A DNA stretch of 21,544 nt from Planctomycetota bacterium (lineage in GTDB: Bacteria; Planctomycetota; SZUA-567; H5-PLA8): the NCBI GenBank assembly GCA_045863855.1, contig BTVV01000104.1, positions 1 through 21,544 on the forward strand. Reading direction: 5' to 3'. Shown here piece by piece: positions 16,532-21,544 of the stretch (positions are counted from its first letter, which is position 1; every line of letters starts with the position of its first letter). Made by a program: the position numbers and the translations under genes. Below the pieces are notes generated by a model. That model was given only the letters and a program-made list of their open reading frames with translations, did no database searches and was not told the origin of the DNA.

Positions 16532-18553
16532 ATGGGGGGAACGTCTCGAAACGCGCTGCGCGTAAGCGCGCGCGTCCGCCGCGAGCCTGCGCTCGCGCTC
16601 GCCGCAACAGCCACGGCCACCGCGCCAGCTCCGCGCCGCCACGCCAAGGTCCTGACCGCGGCGTTCCGGCCGCTGCGCCCCGGCCGCCTGGTGCGCGAGC
16701 TGCTTGCGTCGAACGCGCCGGCCGCGCCGCACGCCTGGGTGCTCGCCGCCGCGCGCCTGCGGCTCGATGCCCTCCCCGATCCCGCGCCCGAACGCTGGCT
16801 CCTGCGCCTCGCCGAACGCTTCGGCGCGCCGGCCGGAAACGACGACGAACGCCAGCGCTGCGCCGGCGCGCTCGCCCGCGGCCTCCCGCTCGCCGCCTGG
16901 AACGCCCCCGAACTGCTCGGCGAACTCCTGCTCGCCGCCCGCGAAGCCGCGCAAGCGTCGTCGCGCGACGGACGCGCCGGACGCCAAAGCGAACCCTGCG
17001 TCTACACGCCCTTCGAACTCGCCCGCCGCATGATCGGATCGCTCCTCGTCGGGCCGCGCCGCACGCTCGATCCCGCCTGCGGAGCCGGCATCTTCCTCCT
17101 CGCCGCCTTCGAACGCGCCTTCGCGCGCCGCCGAGAAACCGGACAGCCCGCCGAAGAAGCAGCGCGCCGCGTCCTCGAACACGAACTCGCCGGCTGCGAT
17201 CTCGACCCGCACGCCGTCGCACTCGCCGAATTCGAACTCCGCCTCGCCGCCTTCGCAGCCTCGGGCTTGAGCGACGACGTCCCGCTCGCCCTCCACGCCG
17301 CCGACGCGCTCCAGCCGCTCCCCGAACTCGAGGCCAAGGCCGATATCGTCGTCGGCAATCCGCCCTACGTCGAAGGCCGCGGCCTCACCAACGCACAGCT
17401 CGCCGCCTTGCGTAAACGCTTCCGCTGCGCCTCGCGCGGCAAGGTCAACCTCTTCGCCGTCTTCGTCGAACGCGGCCTCGAACTGCTCCGCCCCGGCGGC
17501 GTACTCGGCTTCGTCCTCCCGTCCACCTTTCAGCGCAACGAACGCTACCGCGCGCTGCGCGAACTGCTCCTCGAACACACCCTCGAATCCATCGAGCCCC
17601 TCGAAGGCAAGGCCTTCGAAGGACGCGTCGTCGAACCTGTCCTGTTGCGCGTGCGCAAACAGCCGCCCGCGCGCTCCTGGCGCGTCCACCTGCCCGGCGG
17701 AACCGTCCAGCAGCGCCAGTTGCCCCTCGGGCCGTCGCTGCGCTTCTGCGACGCCACCGCCGCAGGCCTGCGCGAACAAGTCCAGCTCATGGACCGCCAC
17801 GGCGTCCCGCTCGGCGATTACTTCGAAGTCCGCGACGGCATCTCCACCGGCTTCCAGCCCTTCCCCAAGCGCCTCCTCGGTACGCTCCAAGCGTCCCGCT
17901 TCGTCGCCGACGACGCCACCACCGTGACCTTCGATCCCGCGCGCCACGTCCGCATCGTCGACGGCACCGAAGTCCGACCCTTCGCGCCCGTCGCCTGGGC
18001 CGGTCGCTGGTTCGAATACGACAAGCGCCACGAGCACGAACCGCCGCACCCCGGCCGCCCGTTCAACTGCCAGCTTCGCGAACGAGCCATCTTCGACCGA
18101 GCCGAAAAGCTGCTCACGCGCCAGACCGCCCGCGGCCTCGTCGCCACCGTCGATCGCGAACGCTTCTTCGTCCGCAACTCGGTCCACGTGACGTACGTAA
18201 AGGAAGGCGCGCTCCTGCCGCCCCTGCCCGAACGCGACCGCTTTCCCGCGCCCAGCCGAGCGGTCTCGCTTGCCGCGCTCTGCGCTTGTCTAAACAGCGC
18301 CTTCTACACGCGCTATTTCCTCGCCGTCACCGGCGAAGACGGCGCCGTCTTCCCGCAGGTCCACATCGCCGACGTCAAACGCCTGCCCATCTTGCCCGGA
18401 CTGCTCCGCGAAGGCGCCCCGCTCGCCGCACTCGGCGAAGAGATCCTCGCGCTCCATACCCGGCCCGAATCCGCTGAACGCGAGGCCGATATCGCCCGTG
18501 TCCGAGCCGAAGTCGAAGCCCTCCTTCAGGCCGCCTTCGGCCTGCTTGACTAG
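16532..18553 (+). CDS. N6-adenine DNA methyltransferase, gamma class (Eco57I/TaqI-like), with C-terminal target-recognition region
   Basis: Motif X VYTP, motif I LDPACGAGIFL, GCDLD, ADAL, motif IV DIVVGNPPY, NLFAVF..RGLELLRPGGVLGFVLP, and a TaqI_C-like KLLTRQT...LNS...PQV....KRLPI. Start uncertain (ATG 16532 or GTG 16691). Confidence 0.9.
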   Translation: MGGTSRNALRVSARVRREPALALAATATATAPAPRRHAKVLTAAFRPLRPGRLVRELLASNAPAAPHAWVLAAARLRLDALPDPAPERWLLRLAERFGAPAGNDDERQRCAGALARGLPLAAWNAPELLGELLLAAREAAQASSRDGRAGRQSEPCVYTPFELARRMIGSLLVGPRRTLDPACGAGIFLLAAFERAFARRRETGQPAEEAARRVLEHELAGCDLDPHAVALAEFELRLAAFAASGLSDDVPLALHAADALQPLPELEAKADIVVGNPPYVEGRGLTNAQLAALRKRFRCASRGKVNLFAVFVERGLELLRPGGVLGFVLPSTFQRNERYRALRELLLEHTLESIEPLEGKAFEGRVVEPVLLRVRKQPPARSWRVHLPGGTVQQRQLPLGPSLRFCDATAAGLREQVQLMDRHGVPLGDYFEVRDGISTGFQPFPKRLLGTLQASRFVADDATTVTFDPARHVRIVDGTEVRPFAPVAWAGRWFEYDKRHEHEPPHPGRPFNCQLRERAIFDRAEKLLTRQTARGLVATVDRERFFVRNSVHVTYVKEGALLPPLPERDRFPAPSRAVSLAALCACLNSAFYTRYFLAVTGEDGAVFPQVHIADVKRLPILPGLLREGAPLAALGEEILALHTRPESAEREADIARVRAEVEALLQAAFGLLD

Positions 18554-18716
18554 GCTCTGACCCGAAACGCTTCGAAGGCGGATGCGCCGCGCGGACCATG
18601 CAGAGCGAGGAAGCCGAACGCGCTGCATCTCTTCAGTAGATACAGCAAGTGAGGCTGACGAAGCGCTGCGCAGGTCCCCCAAGCAGACGGCGAAGAAGCG
18701 TTTCGGGACAGCGCCT
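18552..18716. mobile_element. MITE-like non-autonomous element with 22-bp terminal inverted repeats and nested internal hairpins
   Basis: AGGCTCTGACCCGAAACGCTTC (18552-18573) versus GAAGCGTTTCGGGACAGCGCCT (18695-18716): 20/22 complementary. Internal dyads GCAGAGCG/CGCTGCGC, AGCC/GGCT and GCTGCATCT/AGATACAGC. Confidence 0.7.
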
Positions 18717-18837
18717 GATCCTCATGCTGGACACGCGCCCCGCTATTCCTTAAGGTGCATAGGCCGTCTCGATTGAAGATCGCCGTCCTCGCGGGCGTCT
18801 GGCCTGCACAAGCCGTATAGATACCGGGAGATCGATC

Positions 18838-20445
18838 ATGAGCCGATTCCTTTGCGCCGCCGTCCTGCTGGCCGTTTGCGCCGGACCCGCGGCCCTCCGC
18901 GCCGGTGAACCCTTCACGCTCACCAGCATGGAACAAGAGAACAAGCTCGGCGAAGAGACTTACCAGGAAATCCTAAAGAAAGAGAAGGTCAGCACCGACC
19001 CCGAGATCGTCGCCTACGTCAAGCGCGTCACCGAGCGAATCACCAAGGCCGCGCCCGACAAAGGTTTCAAGTATGAAGTCGCGGTCCTCGAATCTCCCAA
19101 TATCAACGCCTTCTGCCTGCCCGGCGGAAAAATGTGCGTCTACACCGCCATTCTCCCCTTCTGCGAAAACGAAGCCGGACTCGCTACGGTCATGGGCCAC
19201 GAAGTCGCCCACGCCATACTCCGCCACGGCGGCCAGCGCATGACCCAGGGCATGATGGTCGATATGGTCGGCGTCGGGCTAGACGTCTTCCTCAAGACGG
19301 CCAAAGTCGAAGGCATGACCGGAGACATCGCCCGCGGCGCCTACGGTTACGGCGCGCAGCTCGGCATCTTGCTCCCCTACAGCCGCAGCCACGAGACCCA
19401 ATCCGACCAGCAGGGCCTCGTTTACCTCGCCAAAGCCGGCTACGACCCTAGCGAAGCGCCCGCCTTCTGGCAGCGCTTCTCCGTCCTCAAGTCCGACACG
19501 CCCAGCTTCCTCAGCACGCACCCCGCGCACGATGACCGCATCGCCAGGCTCACCGCCGACCAGGGCACCGCGATGCAGATTTACGCCGCTTCGCCCAAGC
19601 TCGGAAAAGGCGAGCCCATCCCCGCGCGCTACATGAAGATCGACGCCAAAACCGGAGCACCCATCGGCACGCCCTCTCAGCGCGTCGGCAGCACCAGCAT
19701 CCCCCCCGTCTCTCCCCCGAACGTCCAAGTCCCCGGCGCCACGCCGCCCGAAGTCGTCAAGCCGCCCGTGCCCGTCTCCGCTCCCAGCACGCCGGCCTCG
19801 ACGACGCCGCCCGCGTCCAACCCCGTCGTCACGCTGGCCGAAAAGGAGATCCGCGCCGGCCTGCAGGAAGCCCTCGCGTCCGGCATGAAGAGCGCCCTGG
19901 CCAAGCTCGGCCGCACCGACGGTTATTTCAAGGATGCCGCGGTCAAAGTGCTGCTCCCCGAAAAGCTCAAGGATCTCGACCGCATGGCGCGCCTGATGGG
20001 CAAGAGCGCCATGGCCGACGATTTTGTCCTGCAGATGAACCGCGCCGCCGAACAAGCCGCGCCCGCCACCGCCGAGGTGCTCGCGACGGCCATCGCACAA
20101 CTCAACTGGACCGACGCCCGCGCGATCCTCGACGGCAAGGCCGACGAAGCCACGCAATACTTCGCGCGCACCTGCGACGAACAGCTCCAAGCCAAAATTT
20201 TACCGCTCGTCCAGCAAGCCACCGCCGCCGCCGGCGCGACGCAGACCTATAAGGATTTGCTTAAACGCGGCGGATTTCTCGCCCAAGCGCTGGTGGGCGA
20301 TTTTAACCTCGACGCCTACGTGACCCGCAAGGCCGTGGACGGGCTGTATCTGAAGATTGCCGACGAGGAACGCGCCATACGCGCCAACCCCGCCGCCCAA
20401 GCCAGCGATCTTTTACGCAAAGTGTTCGGCGCCGCGAAAAAATAA
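18838..20445 (+). CDS. Secreted M48 family Zn-metallopeptidase fused via a Pro/Thr/Ser linker to a DUF4197 domain
   Basis: Signal peptide; INAFCLPGG, GHEVAH (HExxH), PYSRSHE, AGYDP and FLSTHP; low-complexity linker; then GLQEAL...LGRTDGYF....VKVLLPE...MNRAAE.A...DARAIL.G....AT.YF...DGLYLKIADEERAIRANP....DLLRKVFG (DUF4197 pattern). GGGAG RBS. Confidence 0.9.
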   Translation: MSRFLCAAVLLAVCAGPAALRAGEPFTLTSMEQENKLGEETYQEILKKEKVSTDPEIVAYVKRVTERITKAAPDKGFKYEVAVLESPNINAFCLPGGKMCVYTAILPFCENEAGLATVMGHEVAHAILRHGGQRMTQGMMVDMVGVGLDVFLKTAKVEGMTGDIARGAYGYGAQLGILLPYSRSHETQSDQQGLVYLAKAGYDPSEAPAFWQRFSVLKSDTPSFLSTHPAHDDRIARLTADQGTAMQIYAASPKLGKGEPIPARYMKIDAKTGAPIGTPSQRVGSTSIPPVSPPNVQVPGATPPEVVKPPVPVSAPSTPASTTPPASNPVVTLAEKEIRAGLQEALASGMKSALAKLGRTDGYFKDAAVKVLLPEKLKDLDRMARLMGKSAMADDFVLQMNRAAEQAAPATAEVLATAIAQLNWTDARAILDGKADEATQYFARTCDEQLQAKILPLVQQATAAAGATQTYKDLLKRGGFLAQALVGDFNLDAYVTRKAVDGLYLKIADEERAIRANPAAQASDLLRKVFGAAKK

Positions 20446-20480
20446 AGAGCCCGCACGCTCAACTCGGTCATCCGGGTCCG

Positions 20481-20957
20481 TCAGGTTGGCCCCGCCGAGC
20501 GATCCGTGCGCGAAGGGGGCGGCCCGAGTTCTTCCGCAAGCCCGATCAGAATGCCTTCGGGGCCACGGATGTAGCAGAGCCGATAGAGGTCTTGGTACCG
20601 CACCACCTGGTCGACGATCGTCGCCCCGCGCTTTTGCAGACGGGCGAGTGTGCCGTCGAGGTCTTCCACGGCGAACATGACGCGCAGGTAGCCCAGCGCG
20701 TTCACCGGAGCGGTACGGTGATCGGCGGCCACCGGCGGCGCGTGGAAGCGCGACAGTTCGAGCCGGCCGTGGCCGTCCGGCGTACGCAGCATGGCAATCT
20801 CCACGCGCATGCCGCGTAAGCCCGTGACGCCATCCGCCCAGTCCCCTTCGATCGGGGCCCGCCCCTCGAGTTTGAGGCCTAGTTCGGTGAAGAACGCTAT
20901 GGCGGCATCGAGGTCCTCGACCACGATACCGACGTTGTCCATACGCTTGACCGGCAT
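20481..20957 (-). CDS. VOC (glyoxalase/bleomycin resistance) family protein
   Basis: RMDNVGIVVEDLDAAIAFFTELGL, RLELSRF, LRVMFAVEDLD and YIRGPEGILIGLAE; AGGAGA RBS. Confidence 0.92.
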   Translation of the reverse strand: MPVKRMDNVGIVVEDLDAAIAFFTELGLKLEGRAPIEGDWADGVTGLRGMRVEIAMLRTPDGHGRLELSRFHAPPVAADHRTAPVNALGYLRVMFAVEDLDGTLARLQKRGATIVDQVVRYQDLYRLCYIRGPEGILIGLAEELGPPPSRTDRSAGPT

Positions 20958-21129
20958 GAGATCTCCTGGGCGTCAAACGTGTGCTTGAGTCCGGCGGGTA
21001 GCCGGTTGCGCTGCGTCTCCCAGCAAGCGTCCTGGGCACCCTTTACGCCGCCCTGCCGGCCACTTGCCGGAGTCGTTACTCGCCGCTTGTCCCGTATCGC
21101 TTGGTTGGTGCTTGCCGCGTGTCGAGGTC

Positions 21130-21544
21130 CTATCCCTGCGGCGCCTCCACATATGCCTCATGCAGCTTCACCGGCATCGTCTTGGGCTTGCGTACTTTCA
21201 TGTTCAATACTTCCACCATCACCGAAAACGCCATCGCGAAGTAGATGTAGCCCTTCGGGATGTGCTGGTCGAGCCCCTCCGCGATCAGCGACACCCCGAT
21301 CAGCAGCAGGAAGCTTAACGCCAGGATCTTCACAGTCGGATGCGCCTCCACGAACCGGCTGATCGGGCCCGCGAAGAACATCATGAAGCCCACCGCCAGG
21401 ACCACCGCCACCACCATCACGCCGATCTTGTCCGCCATCCCCACCGCCGTGATCACCGAATCGAGCGAGAAGACGATGTCCAGTAGCAAGATCTGCACCA
21501 GCACGCTTCTGAACGAAGGATGCACCTTCGCCGATGCGCTCCCC
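21130..21544 (-). CDS. TerC family integral membrane protein, 3' part (5' end outside the window)
   Basis: QILLLDIVFSLDSVITAVG, HPTVKILALSFLLLIG and IPKGYIYFAMAFS. The frame stays open to the window edge; no CBS tail. Confidence 0.92.
   Translation of the reverse strand, partial: GSASAKVHPSFRSVLVQILLLDIVFSLDSVITAVGMADKIGVMVVAVVLAVGFMMFFAGPISRFVEAHPTVKILALSFLLLIGVSLIAEGLDQHIPKGYIYFAMAFSVMVEVLNMKVRKPKTMPVKLHEAYVEAPQG

Noticed and set aside
16407..18187. Arg-rich extension of the 15267 ORF and minus-strand ORF 16526-18187
   Set aside because: Both are antisense to the methyltransferase; a good RBS and ATG exist at 16406.
18550..18944. Short ORFs across the MTase-M48 intergenic region as a possible REase, toxin or controller
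   Set aside because: No motifs or RBS, and the region is explained by the inverted-repeat element and the M48 promoter.
20958..21129. Short GC dyads and CTTGCCG repeats between VOC and TerC as a riboswitch or terminator
   Set aside because: Stems are only 5-6 bp, with no U-tract and no recognisable aptamer consensus.
1..21544. Frequent TCGA/CGATCG words as the MTase target or a HIP1-like repeat
   Set aside because: Plausibly explained by codon pairs such as CTC-GAA and GCG-ATC-G; needs a Markov-corrected count that I cannot run.

Overview
High-GC bacterial chromosomal window with no rRNA, tRNA, CRISPR array or transposase. The paralogous PQQ-like (BamB-type) beta-propellers and the N-terminally extended HisD suggest Planctomycetota/PVC (inference). 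Left arm (minus strand): a translationally coupled operon of propeller-Ig-lectin lipoprotein > secreted propeller > DUF3311-like small membrane protein > SSS symporter > EhpF/GriC-like adenylating enzyme (cut by the window edge and missing from the ORF track). It is divergent from a MarR regulator, with an AT-rich inverted repeat between them. Next come two more secreted propellers, a DUF2784 gene with a likely leaderless promoter inside a heptamer repeat, and a possible pseudo-receiver gene behind a sigma54-type promoter with an upstream palindrome. The centre holds hisD-hisC-hisB, a membrane-anchored coiled-coil hypothetical, a cytoplasmic Ogl/TolB-like propeller and an orphan N6-adenine methyltransferase. 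The right end holds a 165-bp MITE-like fold-back element, an M48 peptidase-DUF4197 fusion, a VOC gene with atypical codon usage and a partial TerC gene. The best candidate for an undescribed system is the MarR-linked capture, import and adenylation operon at 1-6955.
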